From: Octopus bimaculoides
Lineage: Eukaryota
Direction of reading: 5' to 3'
Assembly (NCBI RefSeq): GCF_001194135.2
Contig: NC_068990.1
Coordinates: 61,103,716-61,167,715 of the forward strand
Length of the DNA: 64,000 nt
Part shown: positions 42,279 through 55,690 of the stretch, piece by piece
Position numbering within the stretch: the stretch's first letter is position 1
Layout of the letters: every line of letters begins with the position of its first letter
The notes under the pieces: generated by a model
Databases searched by the model: none
Seen by the model: the letters and a program-made list of their open reading frames with translations, nothing else
What the model was told of the DNA's origin: nothing
Program-made: the position numbers and the translations under genes

Positions 42279-42656
42279 TGTTACCTCTGCCTTCACGAAG
42301 GCAGTAGTATTGTTTTCAGTTGTGATTGTTTGTTTGTTTGTTTGTGGACAAGATATCTCAAGAACTGCCAGATGGATTCAGATGAAACTTTCAGAGATGT
42401 TTCACTTTGTGACTGGCACAATCTGATTAGATTTTGGGATTGATCTGGTATCAGATAAGGATTCTAGATTATTTTTCCTGTTTTTTTACTTAATTTTTGA
42501 GTGCAGTCAGGTTCCTTTTTTTAGTATTCTCCTTTGTGAGAGCAGTCAATTTTATTTCAGATATTTTTATATTAAAAATCATCTCTGGCTAATCATTGAG
42601 AGGATGTTGGTGTTGCCTTGGTGGAGGTTTGCGCTTTCTGAGTACCCATGTTTAGT
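42279..42656 (+). mobile_element. Helentron-associated non-autonomous element (HINE/DINE-1-like)
   Basis: 5' TTACCTCTGCC with the palindrome CTGCCTTCACGAAGGCAG, (GTTT)n near the 5' end, 3' subterminal CCTTGGTGGAGGT followed by TGCGCTTTCTGAGTAC. Confidence 0.7.
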
Positions 42657-42944
42657 ATGAATATATGTACGCTCTGTAAAGTGGTTGGTGTTAGAAAGTG
42701 CATCTAACTGCAGAAACCATGCCAAAACAGACAAATGAAGCCGGATGTAGATCTCCAGCTTGTCAGCCCCTGTCAAACCCATCCAACCCAAACTAGCATG
42801 GAAACCAGATGTTAAATGATGTGATGATGATGATGTCTGATGTATGTAAATAAGAAGGGAGCTGTGAGAGAAATATAAGTAACAAAACCAAAATATAGAC
42901 ATGTATGGAATGGTCAGACTAAAATATAGATATATTGGCTTCAA

Positions 42945-43150
42945 ATTTTGCACAAGGCCAGCAACTTCAGGAGAGGGGCTAAGTCAATTACATTGAGCTT
43001 AGCTTTTCAACTGGTACTTATTTTACTAACCCCAAAGGGATGAAAGTGAAGTTGACCATAGCGGAATTTGAACTCAGAATGTAAAGATGGACAAAATGCT
43101 GCTAAGCATTTTGTCCAGTGTGCCAACGATTCTGCCTGCTTGCCACCACA
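42945..43150 (-). mobile_element. SINE family C
   Basis: CTGGTACTTATTTT...GAAAGG.AAAGT.GACC...GAATTTGAACTCAG core. Other copies at 12605-12730, 46867-47468, 51985-52180, 61155-61350, 61380-61560. Confidence 0.8.
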
Positions 43151-43509
43151 AACTAAAATACATACAAGCAAAATTGAACACACATACACGAAGTATGTGT
43201 GTTGTTAGTTCGTGGGTCAGCTGCAGATTTTAGGCATGAGATAATATATTCTCTATGTACCTGATGTAAAGAACACCTGAAAATAAGTCACAGTTAAGGG
43301 ATGCAACTCACATCAGGTCCTTTCTTGGAATGCTTGACTGTGACTTACTTTTTCATGTGTTTTTTACATTGGGCACATGGAGAATATAGTATCTTATGCC
43401 TAAAAACCACAGCCAACTCACAAACTAACAACACACTTACCTTGTGTATGTGTGTTTGATTTTGTTTATATACTTTCAGCTGCTTCTAATTCATATTTGA
43501 ATTCATATT

Positions 43510-43558
<49 letters not shown>

Positions 43559-43929
43559 CATATATATATATACATATATATATATATACATATATATACA
43601 TATATATATATATANNNNNNNNNNNNNNNNNNNNNNNNNNNNNNNNNNNNNNNNNNNNNNNNNNNNNNNNNNNNNNNNNNNNNNNNNNNNNNNNNNNNNN
43701 NNNNNNNNNNNNNNNNNNNNNNNNNNNNNNNNNNNNNNNNNNNNNNNNNNNNNNNNNNNNNNNNNNNNNNNNNNNNNNNNNNNNNNNNNNNNNNNNNNNN
43801 NNNNNNNNNNNNNNNNNNNNNNNNNNNNNNNNNNNNNNNNNNNNNNNNNNNNNNNNNNNNNNNNNNNNNNNNNNNNNNNNNNNNNNNNNNNNNNNNNNNN
43901 NNNNNNNNNNNNNNNNNNNNNNNNNNNNN

Positions 43930-44120
43930 GGTGGCACGTAAAAGCACCTACTACACTCTCAGAGTGGTTGGCGTTAGGAAGGGCATCCAGCTGTAGAAAC
44001 TCTGCCAAATCAGATTGGAGCCTGGTGTCGCCATCTGGTTTCACCAGTCCTCAGTCAAATCGTCCAACCCATGCTAGCATGGAAAGCGGACGTTAAACGA
44101 CGACGATGATGATGATGATA
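43930..44120 (+). mobile_element. Retroposon family B 3' end with (GAT)n tail
   Basis: GGAAGGGCATCCAGCTGTAGAAA...CCATGCTAGCATGGAAAGCGGACGTTAAACGA(T/C)GA. Other copies near 14745-14960(-), 16660-16850, 18735-18880, 23330-23505, 27225-27375, 42665-42840, 45710-45880, 56520-56720. Confidence 0.85.
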
Positions 44121-44335
44121 TAATAAATCTTTGAGCAAGGTATAAACAGTAGCTGCACAACATCGTGAAGTATATTTCCCACCTTAATGTGGCTAACCCT
44201 TAAGGGTTGATGCTACTGTAGCTTGTAGTCCCAGGAAGACATCTCCTCCAGCTGGCTACTGACATCACTATCTGTGCCCTATCAGTATTTGCAAAGGGAA
44301 GTCATCATTCCCATCTCCAGCTTGACGTGATACAT

Positions 44336-44374
44336 ACGGACCTGAGTTTCTGGGTATTGACCCATCATCAGCAT
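44336..44374 (-). ncRNA. Minimal type-I hammerhead motif (family D)
   Basis: ATG-CTGATGA-TGGGT caat ACCCA-GAAAC-TCAG-GTC^CGT; intact core, 5-bp helix II, only 3-bp helix I. Confidence 0.65.
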
Positions 44375-46631
44375 GAAGCTCTGCACTGAATAAAATATAT
44401 CTGTGCAAAGTTATATTAAATATGTTTATATACACATGGACATGCTTAGTTCTTCCACTATGGAAATATTCCTCTGGGACTATTTCTGCAGTGAAAAGCT
44501 ATCTAATGTCTTAGTGTGCTCCAATGTATTAAATATGACATTTTGTGTGTATGTGTGTATGTGCATGCACACGTGCGTATGCTACAAGTTACTCCTCTTG
44601 AACTACTTCTATGCCACATTTTCATTATCATTCTTTCTCACATAATTTTCACCATTCACCTCCTTTCTGTGCCTTCACTTATCTCTCCTTCTCCTTTTGC
44701 CATATTCCATCTTAACACCTTTCAGATCTGCTATCACTCTCAATGCCCTCTCATATCCACCATCATGCACCACTCAGAAACAGCCACTCTTATCTACCAT
44801 TATGTCTCCCTCCCCACCATTCCTACACCTTGCACATCACCACCCCGCTGCTAATTTTCTGTACAATCTTCCTTCCCAAGCCACTTCTATCTCTTGCATC
44901 TTACCCTCCTTCCATACTGGTATTTCTTATCTACCGAGGTGTGTGTGACTTAGTGGTTAGGCTATTCAGCTCATAGTCATAAGGTCGTGAGTTCAATTCC
45001 TGGCAGTGTGTTGTGTCCTTGAGCAAGACACTTTATTTCACATTGTTCCAGTATACTCAGCTGGTAAAAATGAGTTGTACCTGTAATTCAAAAGGGCCAG
45101 CCTTGTCACATTCTGTGTCATACAGAATCACCCTTGGAACTACGTTAAGTGTATGCATATTAGAGGAGTTCTCAGCCACTTGCGCATTAATTACATGAGC
45201 AAGCTGTTCTGTTAATCAGATCAAATAGAACTCTTGTCACCATAACCAGCACAATACCAGTTAGTTAGTTATTTCTTATCCACTGCATCTCCACCTTTGT
45301 TCATGACTTACTACATTTACCTTAGCTCCCTTCTCCAGATATTACTCTCCCCTTACACATCTATGGAACTACCTACCCTTTCCTCCTTCCCATCCAACCC
45401 GTTGTCTGTATCTTCTCATATGCTCACCTCTTTGCTCATTGAAGATTTGCGCTGACACCCCATCACTACCATCTCCTTTTCTTTCCAGCTATTCCCATGC
45501 ATTTTCTATAACAATGCAGTGTGGTCATGTATCTCCTCTGCAGCAAGGCACCTGCACTTGTCTCCCTATCATACTTTAGCCTCTCAACACTTGGCATGAA
45601 ACCAGTTCCCCTTTCAAATACTCTTCCCTACTTAAGTGAGGAGCCTTTTGTCTTGCAAGTTACTTGTCAAATTCACTTCTGCCTGTAGCACAAAAAAAAA
45701 AAGATGAAAAGCTCCAGGTACCCACTATAAAGTGACTGGCATTAGGACGGGCATCTAGCTGTAGAAACCATGCAAAATCTGGTATTAAAGTTTGTCTCTT
45801 GTCCTGCAGCTTGCTAGATCCTGTGAAACTGTCCAACCCATACCAGCATAGAAAATGGATGTTAAATGATGATGATCATCATCATCATACATATATATGT
45901 ATATATGCATATATGTGCATATATACATCATCATCACCACCACCACCACCACCACCAACACCACTGCCATTCATTGGTGTCATCATAGTTGTCATCGTCA
46001 TCATCATTTAAAATCCCTTTTTCTATACGGGCATGGGTTTGATGATTCAACAGGATGAGTCACAGGGCTGCTCTGAGTTCCAATGTCTGTTTCAGCATTG
46101 TTTCTTTGGCTGGATGCTGTCTTTCCTAATATCGACTACTTTACAGAGTGCACTGCTTTTTCTTTTTGTTGCACCACTGTTACTGGCACTGCTAAAGTCA
46201 CCAAGTACTTGCAAGACAAACTCCCTTGACTGAGTGGGACATTGTACAGAAGGAGGTGAAGGTATGACAAAGAGACAGGAACAGGTGTCTTGCTGACGAG
46301 GAGAATACATAGCTTCTCCTTTTGGAGAGAAAGAACGAGAGAGATATGTGAAGTCAAGGTATAAGGTGAACATGTGAAAGAGAGAGAGAGAGAGAATAGA
46401 GATAAAGGAACAGGAAGGGTGCTTGAGAAAGTCAGTGTGCTAGAGTATGAAAAGAGTTTGATAGATGATTATAGATGGGGACTGAAACAGATGTAGTGAA
46501 TATCCGTTTTTCAGTGGTGGTGGGGAGAAGTGAAGGAAATAAAAAATAGAAGGTTGGATGATAAATTCAAAGAAACTATATCTGGTCACTTAGAATAAAG
46601 AACACAATGATAAGTTAGCTTGTTAAAACAG

Positions 46632-46866
46632 ATATTAACAACAAAGGTAGTATTAATACTAAGAGGTAATATTTATCCCCACTTAAAGATGAATGTTCTT
46701 TTGGAACAAACTAAACTGTGGTAGTTACCATGAGAGAAACTCTCATATTGAAATAAATAAGTGTGCATTTTGCACCAAAAAGCCAACATGAGAATTTCTC
46801 TCTTGGTAACTGCTGTAGAATAGCTTGTTCTAATAGAACATCCATGTTTAAGTGGGGATAAATATT
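46632..46866. mobile_element. Same long-TIR MITE family, internally deleted and interrupted by a SINE array
   Basis: Shares GTATTAATACT.AGAGGT.ATATTTATCC and GCATTTTGCACCAAAAGCC with 37389-37714. Confidence 0.8.
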
Positions 46867-47483
46867 CTTTTCTACTCTAGGCACAAAGCCCAAAACTTTT
46901 GGGGAGGGAACCAGTCGATTAAATCAACCCCGGTATGTAACTGGTACTTCATTTATCGACCCTGGAAAGATGAAAGGCAAAGTCGACTTGGCAGAATTTG
47001 AACTCAGAATGTAAAGACAGACAAAATATCGCAGTAAGGATAAATATTCTTTTCTACTCTAGACACAAGGCTAAGAATTTTTGGGGAGGTCACCAGTCGA
47101 TTAGATCGACCCCAGTACACAACTGGTACTTAATTTATCGACCCTGAAAGGATGAAAGGCAAAGTCAACCTCGGTGGAATTTGAACTCAGAACGTAAAGA
47201 CAGACGAAATATNNNNNNNNNNGAAAGGCAAAGTCGACCTCTGTGAAATTTGAACTCAGAATGTAAAGACAGACAAAATATCGCAGTAAGGATAAATATT
47301 CTTTTCTACTCTAGACACAAGGCTAAGAATTTTTGGGGAGGTCACCAGTCGATTAGATCGACCCCAGTACACAACTGGTACTTAATTTATCGACCCTGAA
47401 AGGATGAAAGGCAAAGTCAACCTCGGTGGAATTTGAACTCAGAACGTAAAGACAGACGAAATATCGCAGTGGAAATAAATATT
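46852..47483. repeat. Tandem array (about 182-bp unit) of a SINE C fragment, spanning a 10-N gap
   Basis: Junction motif GT(G/A)(G/A)(G/A)(G/A)ATAAATATT at 46852, 47034, 47286 and 47469. Confidence 0.88.
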
Positions 47484-47865
47484 ACCACAAAGATAAGTCT
47501 GAGAGTAAATAAACATTTCAACCATAATCATTATCAAACTAACAATTATGGATTAAATATTGTAGTTGAATCTTTTGTCGTAGATGACAGATGGAGGCTC
47601 TGCAGTTTCTTGCTGAACAACCTGCACACATGATCTGGCTTATAGTGATCAAATGATTTTACTGCGCATTAGCTCACTCTCTCCATCAAACTGACATTAC
47701 CTGTACAGGTGCATGGTGTACCTGCACATCAGGTGTTGAAGTGATTGCAGAGCAACATCAGATGAGGTGTTTTGCTCAAGATTATACAAAGCACTGTCTA
47801 GTCTGCAAATTGAAACAGCAATCTTGTGATCATGAGTACAATAATTTTATTACTAGTTCATGCAC

Positions 47866-47925
<60 letters not shown>

Positions 47926-48310
47926 CATTATCATCCAAATAAGAAGACAAAGAAAGAGTTTAGCACATTTTTAATGACCAGTTACAACTGTTTTGGTACA
48001 CCATTGCATGCAGCAGTTTCATGTGAAAAGTTATGTAATATTTGTTGTATTAAATGCTAGAGTGACACTTCATGAGACTTACATGAACAGATACGCCCAT
48101 ACATTGTGTTCCTCTTTGTCTTCTTATGTGAATCATATTTTACTCTTTGCTAGACCAACACATTGAATCTATTGATATGACACCTGAATTTTTTACACTT
48201 GCAGGATCTGGATTTTCCTTTGGACACCAATTCAAGAAAGTAGATAGCCTTGAGCTCAGGTCAAATGCTGCATTGGAAATTCCCTGTCTTTCTACCATTT
48301 CAGAACCTTA

Positions 48311-48354
<44 letters not shown>

Positions 48355-48359
48355 GTGCA

Positions 48360-48395
<36 letters not shown>

Positions 48396-48711
48396 CATGC
48401 GTGCGTGCATGTGTGTCTTTCTCTACACTTACACTTCCTAGAAAATCACGAGCAACTAACAAATGGTGATACTGTAATTTCTCTTGTCAACAAATCACCT
48501 GCTGATTTTGTATTTTCAAAGACATTATGATATAAAGAGATTCCTTACTTAAAAAAACAAGTAGGGATTAGTGACAGAAAAGGTATATTTAGTTGCAAAC
48601 AATGTCTTAAGAATATATTCATCTAACCCATGGTAGCATGGAAAAACAAACATAAAACCAACAACCAAACAAACGAGCCTAGGCTACAAGTTATATAAAT
48701 TGAAACATCTA

Positions 48712-48725
48712 CCTCCAGATGGCAC
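48712..48725 (+). promoter_or_regulatory. CTCF-like core motif CCTCCAGATGGCAC
   Basis: Fits CCNSYAGRKGGCRS; lies in non-repetitive sequence; motif match only. Confidence 0.3.
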
Positions 48726-50842
48726 GTTTCAGAGAAATAATCACATACTACAAACTCATCTTTGTGTTTCTAACAAAACAACTACTTTTTTTTCTATTAA
48801 TATTAATTATATCAATTAACCAAAGAAGCATTCTGTATCTGGATCAATATTTCAAAATAAACTCTTTCCGTCAACAAAGATAACAACAAAATAACTTCTA
48901 CTGGAATCTGACTTAAAATAATTCTCATCATTGACTTTCTTGCTCTAGGTGTTATACCACAAATCAATAATGTGCTCTATCAATGTAGGAAGATCAGCTT
49001 GGCTGGTTTTTATTTCTTGGAGATAAATGCTAGCGAAATTTCATTTCAACTTTGTACAAAGTTTTCTTTTGCTCTTTCTAACTTATTATTTTTTTTTCAA
49101 CTTCTTTTTTCTTTTTTTCCCGAACGAAAGGTCAAATTGTGATTGTTTGCTTTTTTTTTCAAAGTAGAAAAACATAACATTGGAAGCAGTTATCTAGCAG
49201 AGGAGGTATTTGCCACAAATGATATGTACATGAACTAAATGGTTGTTATAGCAGCAATTTCCTTCTCTGTTTAAAGTATTGTCTTTGAAAAAAATATTAA
49301 AATACAACAAAGAACTAAAATATGAGTCATTGGGTTAACTCATTTCATACCACTTCTTTTACTATAATGTAAAACTACCAATTATTAAATATTCACAATT
49401 AAATTATTTTCCAACATAACTTTATACAAGAAACGGGTTTTTCTTTGTATTTTTTTTTTTTTAGTTGGTTCTCAACATTTAGATGTATAATTAAACAGAT
49501 AAATTTCTCCCAATTCTTGACTATCTTAAAAGTTAATCGAAACACTTATGTGATGTATTCCATTCAAGAAACAATCCAAACAAAGTGTAGAATTTCACAA
49601 TATTCTTCTTGCATGTGTTGCACTAAATTTTTTCCCTTTTCATAACCATACAGATGCAGGCATGGTTGAGTGGGAAAAGCTTGCTTCCTAAGCACATGGT
49701 TTCAGGTTCAGTTCCACTATGTGGTACCTTTGGCAAGTGTCTTCTACTATACCCTTGACCCAACCAAAACCTTGTGAGTAAATTTGGTAGATGGAAACTG
49801 AAAGAAGTGCCTCATATATATTATCAACAGATGAAATTCAGAGATTCTCAGTATAGAAAACACTTAGTAATGCTTAAATGATTTGAACTTAGACTCCGAT
49901 GTTGTTAAGAGAGACCAATTCCAAGGTGTAAAGAGTGGCTGTAAGAGGAATCCAGGTGAGCAGATATGGAGGCAATTATGTGGATAAACAAATTAAGTAG
50001 AACAGCTTGAGTTTGTGATGGATTAGATTCCAGTTAGGGGAAATGTTGGCCTGCTTACCTAGCCAGTGGAATGGCATCATTTGAAATCCAAAAAAACATG
50101 CAAACAAAGCAAATGCGCGTGGCTTAGTGGTTAGGGTGTCAGCGCCATGATCGTAAGATTGTGGTTTCAATTCCTGGACCGGGCAACGCGTTGTGTTCTT
50201 GAGCAAAACACTTCATTTCACATTGCTCCAGTCCACTCAGCTGGTAAAAATGAGTAACACTGCGATGGACTGGCGTCCCATCCAGCTGGGGAACACATAC
50301 GCCATTGAAACCGGGAAACTGGGTCCATGAGCCTGGCTAGGCTTTAAAAGGGCGCAAGAAGAAAAAGAATATAGATATCTATATTATTAGGCTGAATAAG
50401 AAGTTTGTGTGCCGTGTTAAAATTATGCTTAACATAGACACAAACTTTTTCCTCAACCTAGTAATAGATCAAACTAACACAGAGTACAAGCGACAGAGGG
50501 AAGTACCAGATTTAAAGATAAAAAGTTCTGGGATTCATTTGACTAAAAATTCTTCAAAGCAGAAAGCAAAGCCCCAGCAAGGCCACAGCCTAATGACTAA
50601 AGCAAGTAAAAGATAAAAGATATAACACACATACATATACATATATCATTTGTAGAAATACATTAATCAGGAGGAGAAGCACATAAGGCCTGAAATTTCC
50701 ACTAGATTAATTAATTTGTTTATTTTGTTTTACTATACTATATTACCCGTTCCTTTACCCGTATACATATGCATACATACACTTTACCCATATACTTATC
50801 CATATATACATACATACACATACATACACACATATACATATG

Positions 50843-50900
<58 letters not shown>

Positions 50901-51672
50901 NNNNNNNNNNNNNNNNNNNNNNNNNNNNNNNNNNNNNNNNNNNNNNNNNNNNNNNNNNNNNNNNNNNNNNNNNNNNNNNNNNNNNNNNNNNNNNNNNNNN
51001 NNNNNNNNNNNNNNNNNNNNNNNNNNNNNNNNNNNNNNNNNNNNNNNNNNNNNNNNNNNNNNNNNNNNNNNNNNNNNNNNNNNNNNNNNNNNNNNNNNNN
51101 NNNNNNNNNNNNNNNNNNNNNNNNNNNNNNNNNNNNNNNNNNNNNNNNNNNNNNNNNNNNNNNNNNNNNNNNNNNNNNNNNNNNNNNNNNNNNNNNNNNN
51201 NNNNNNNNNNNNNNNNNNNGGTGAATAAATCGATATATCAAGTTTGAAGTCTCTGTCTCTTTTGAATATGAAAATTTAAAAGTTAAAAACCTTATAATAT
51301 AAATATAAACTGTGAGAACGACCCTTAAGGAATCTAGTTAATGATCCCCTAAGGTAAGTTCTTATGCTATATTGGTAACGGTTGCTACATCCTCTGGAAA
51401 ATTATTATAATATATATATATATATGTATATATATATACACACATATATTTCTATCTTTTATCTTTTATCTTTTACATGTTTCCGTCCTTTGACTGCAGC
51501 CATGCTGGGGCACCACTTTGAAGAATTTTAGTCAAATGACTCAAACCACTACTTTTTTTTTAAGCTTGATATGTATTCTAGTGATCTCTTAGGCCAAGCT
51601 ACTAAGTTATGGAGACGTAAACACACCAACACCAGTTGTCAGGTGGTGGTTGGGACAAAAACAGACACAAAG

Positions 51673-51703
<31 letters not shown>

Positions 51704-52910
51704 TACATACATACATACATGCATACACATGTGTATCTGTGTGTGTGTGTGTGTGTGTGTATAATGCAAAAACACCCTGCAAACAGCAGTATACAACAAA
51801 AACAGAAATAAAACATTAAAATTCCATCTTTCTGTGTGAACTGATAGTAAACAACTCAAAGTCCTGTACTGATCCACGACTTGGTGGTTGGGGAACCCTG
51901 CTCTGCACCATACTCTCTAACCCATAAATGAAATAGTCATAAATATGTATTTCCTTTTCATAAGCCTTTCTACTACAGACAGAAGGCCGACAATTTGGGG
52001 AAGGGAACTTAGTTGATCACATTGACCCAACTGCATAGCTGGTACTTATTTCATCAGCCCCGAAAGGATAAAAGGCAAAGGTGACCTTGGTAGAATTTGA
52101 ACTGAGAATGTAAAGATGGATGAAATACTGCTTAAGCATTTTGTCTGGTGTGCTAACCATTCTGCCAGCTCAGCGTCTTATATTTCCTTGTTTTTCCTTT
52201 TATAACTGTTTCTCTCAAATACTTATTATATGACACCTGCAAATATAAAATCTCTTGGTTCTGACATATTGAACTTATGTCCTAGTCCTTCGTTATTGAT
52301 TTCATATACTGCTGTTAGAATCTGAATATTGACCCAGTACGTTTTAATGATATCCTATTAATCCTCTAGGCTGCCACAGTTTATAGGTAAACCACCACAA
52401 TCTGGCATATTAATTCTCCATTCCGTTCACACTCACTTTCTCACTAGCATATACACATTCTCTTTCACATTCTCTCTGACACACACAGACACAGACACAC
52501 ACATGTATATTCGTACATGCATATGCATGCATTTACAAGCACATATACATTAATACATACTCAGATATACGCAATTTTCTTTTAAACTTTATATCCCAAA
52601 TTCTATGTCTAGTTTTTTGCATTATTTCTTCTTCCTTAAACTTCTTATTCCCTAACATCAGAAAGCATCAAATGTCAATCTAACTAAAAAGTTCAGTAAC
52701 AATTTAGTTTCCATTATTTTGGTTTCAGTTTCAAGAATTTACGAAGAAGCATTTGTGTAACATATGGTTAAAATAAATGCATAGAGAATTTACAATCAGG
52801 ATATAATTAATGCCAACCTCTTGATAGTTAACTGCATTTGTGTGAAGCCATTTCTGAATGTGGAATCATCAACATTTCTCCAACTTGAATCGAAAAAAAG
52901 AATGGAAAAA

Positions 52911-52946
<36 letters not shown>

Positions 52947-53319
52947 AAACAAGATAAAAAAAAAAAAGAAATATCATATCAAACACAATAAAACAGTCAT
53001 TTAGCTGTTAGATTAAGGAATAATGCTTAGATAGAAATATCTTTGATAAAATGGCAGAAAATATCCATATTATTACTAATGGAAATAATTATCTTTTCAT
53101 CAGAGCTATGATAGTTTGCTGATAATGAGGTTGTTTAGACTTAATTTTTGGTTTATTTTCATTTAGCGTTATTTTCTCAATGTTTTCGACCAAATGATTT
53201 TGCTTAAGGTTGTTTGTAATCATTGACCTGTACACATTTATAAAGTTGTATGTACACACACATTACACTCATGATCATAATATATATACACAAATAAATA
53301 AATACATATGAGTATTTAC

Positions 53320-53378
<59 letters not shown>

Positions 53379-53454
53379 TAGGCATGTATATGTATTTGAC
53401 ATGTACATGGTATAGGCATTTATATGTACATGAATGTATATATTTATATATATC

Positions 53455-53486
<32 letters not shown>

Positions 53487-53865
53487 TGTATATGCATGTA
53501 TGTATGTGTATATATATATATGCAAATATATATATATATATACCCATACATACATATGTAGAGATCTAGATGTAAATATACATACATATTCATATACATA
53601 TACACATATATATATATATGTGTATGTGTGTGCATGCATATGTGTGTGTATTTGCGTGTGTGTGTGTGTGTGAATGTGTGTGGCCTAGTGGTTAGGGTGC
53701 TGCACTCATGATAACTAGATCATGGGTTCAATTCACAGACTGAGCAATGCTTTGTGTTCTTCAGCAAAATACTTTATTCCATGTTGCTTCAGTCCACTCA
53801 ACTGTAATGTTGTGATGGATTAGATTTCAGTTAGGGGAAATGTTGGCCTGCTTACCTAGCCAGTA

Positions 53866-54119
53866 AAATAATAAATAAATGCGCCCTTTTAAAGGCTCAT
53901 GGGCCCGGTTTCCCGGTTTCAATGGCGTATGTGTTCCCCAGCTGGACGGGACGCCAGTCCATTGCAGCGCTACTCATTTTTGCCAGCTGAGTGGACTGGA
54001 GCAACGTGAAATGAAGTGTTTTGCTCAAGAACACAACACATCACCCGGTCCAGGAATCAAAACCACAATCTCACGATCATGGTGCTGACACCTTAGCCAC
54101 TAGGCCACGCGCCTCCACT
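53866..54119 (-). mobile_element. SINE family D, young full-length copy with 14-bp TSD
   Basis: Head GTGGAGGCGCGTGGCCTAGTGG (A-box-like) and GTTTTGATTCC (B-box-like). TTACCTAGCCAGTA is duplicated at 53852-53865 and 54120-54133. Related copies at 4140-4385(-), 10955-11280, 35805-36130, 44945-45250, 50115-50360, 59000-59260(-). Confidence 0.9.
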
Positions 54120-55039
54120 TTACCTAGCCAGTAGGATGGCATAATTTGAAATCCCAAAAAACAATGCAAAGTGCATTATGACCAGGAATGTATGACAACA
54201 TCTGATAGTCTGGTCTATATATGAATACACACACACNNNNNNNNNNNNNNNNNNNNNNNNNNNNNNNNNNNNNNNNNNNNNNNNNNNNNNNNNNNNNNNN
54301 NNNNNNNNNNNNNNNNNNNNNNNNNNNNNNNNNNNNNNNNNNNNNNNNNNNNNNNNNNNNNNNNNNNNNNNNNNNNNNNNNNNNNNNNNNNNNNNNNNNN
54401 NNNNNNNNNNNNNNNNNNNNNNNNNNNNNNNNNNNNNNNNNNNNNNNNNNNNNNNNNNNNNNNNNNNNNNNNNNNNNNNNNNNNNNNNNNNNNNNNNNNN
54501 NNNNNNNNNNNNNNNNNNNNNNNNNNNNNNNNNNNNNNNNNNNNNNNNNNNNNNNNNNNNNNNNNNNNNNNNNNNNNNNNNNNNNNNNNNNNNNNNNNNN
54601 NNNNNNNNNNNNNNNNNNNNNNNNNNNATATATATATATATATACTGCATGGCACCTTGAGCAGGTGTCTTCCACTATAGCCTTGACTGGACCAAAGTGC
54701 GTGGATTTGGAAGATGGAAACTGAAAGAAGCCCATCATATATATGTGTATGTGTATATGTGTGTGTGTGTGTGTGCATGCACGTGTGTGCATGTGTATGT
54801 ATCAGTGTTTGTCTCCCCACCATTGCTTGACAACCAATGTTGGTGTGTCTACATCCCCATAACTTAGCAGTTCGGCAAAAGAGACCAATAGAATAAGAAC
54901 TAGGCTTACAAAGAATAAGTCCTGGGGTCAATTTGTTCAACTAAAGGTAGTGCTCCGGCATGGCTCCAGTGAAATGACTGAAACAAGTAAATGAGTAAAA
55001 GAGTGTATTCAAGGTGTGATAGGTAAATTGTCACAATTT

Positions 55040-55690
55040 TTGATTTTGTGCATGTGCACTTTTGGTTTTTGATTTTGTCAACTACACAGTATAGTAGGGT
55101 CAGTTGGGCACTATCTGTGAGAAAAACAGTATTATGACACAATTCACTCCTCCAGAAATTTGGAAACGACATGCTATACTGGATAGCATTCATGCCAGAA
55201 GCTCCAATATGAACATTTCAGAGTGTTTAGGTGTCTTTGCAATCTGAGGACATGTAACGAGAGAGATAAAAATCAAACATCCAGTTAACCTCATGGTGTT
55301 TGACATGATCACTAGTGATGGTGATGTTATGCCTCTATTCATCTTCTCACATAGCCTCAGACTCAACATGGAGGCCTACATTCAGTGCCTGGAGGAGGTA
55401 CTGCTACCCTGGGTCAAGAGGGAGGCTGCTGGAAGACTTAATGTCTGGAAACAGGACTCTGCACCATGCCACACCAGCAGGAGAACCAAGTCATGGCTAT
55501 CGGACAATTTCTGCAACAGCATCACCACCAACATCTGGCTACCTAATTCCCTAGACTGCAAACCTCTTGATTATTATGTGTGGCGTGCAATTGAGCAAGA
55601 GACCAACAAAACTCCTTGTGACACCAAAGATGAACTGAAGGCAAGGATTATGGCAGCATTCACTAATTTAAATGAGGAAACTGTCCAGAA
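55040..55690 (+). mobile_element. Internally deleted maT (DD37D) transposon copy 2
   Basis: ORF 55293-55727 KQDSAPCH...WLPNSLDCKPLDYYVW has 37 residues between D2 and D3. The N-terminal stub MTQFTPPEIWKRHAIL is fused directly to the KHPVN region. Confidence 0.9.

Noticed and set aside
44030-44055. CTGAGGA-CTGGT-GAAAC on the minus strand of family B retroposons (also near 18815 and 27295)
   Set aside because: No helix II can form and no U follows helix III; treated as coincidence
52335-52375. Hammerhead-like TTAAT/ATTAA stem with AAACGTAC (minus strand)
   Set aside because: Both core segments are broken by indels; too degenerate to call
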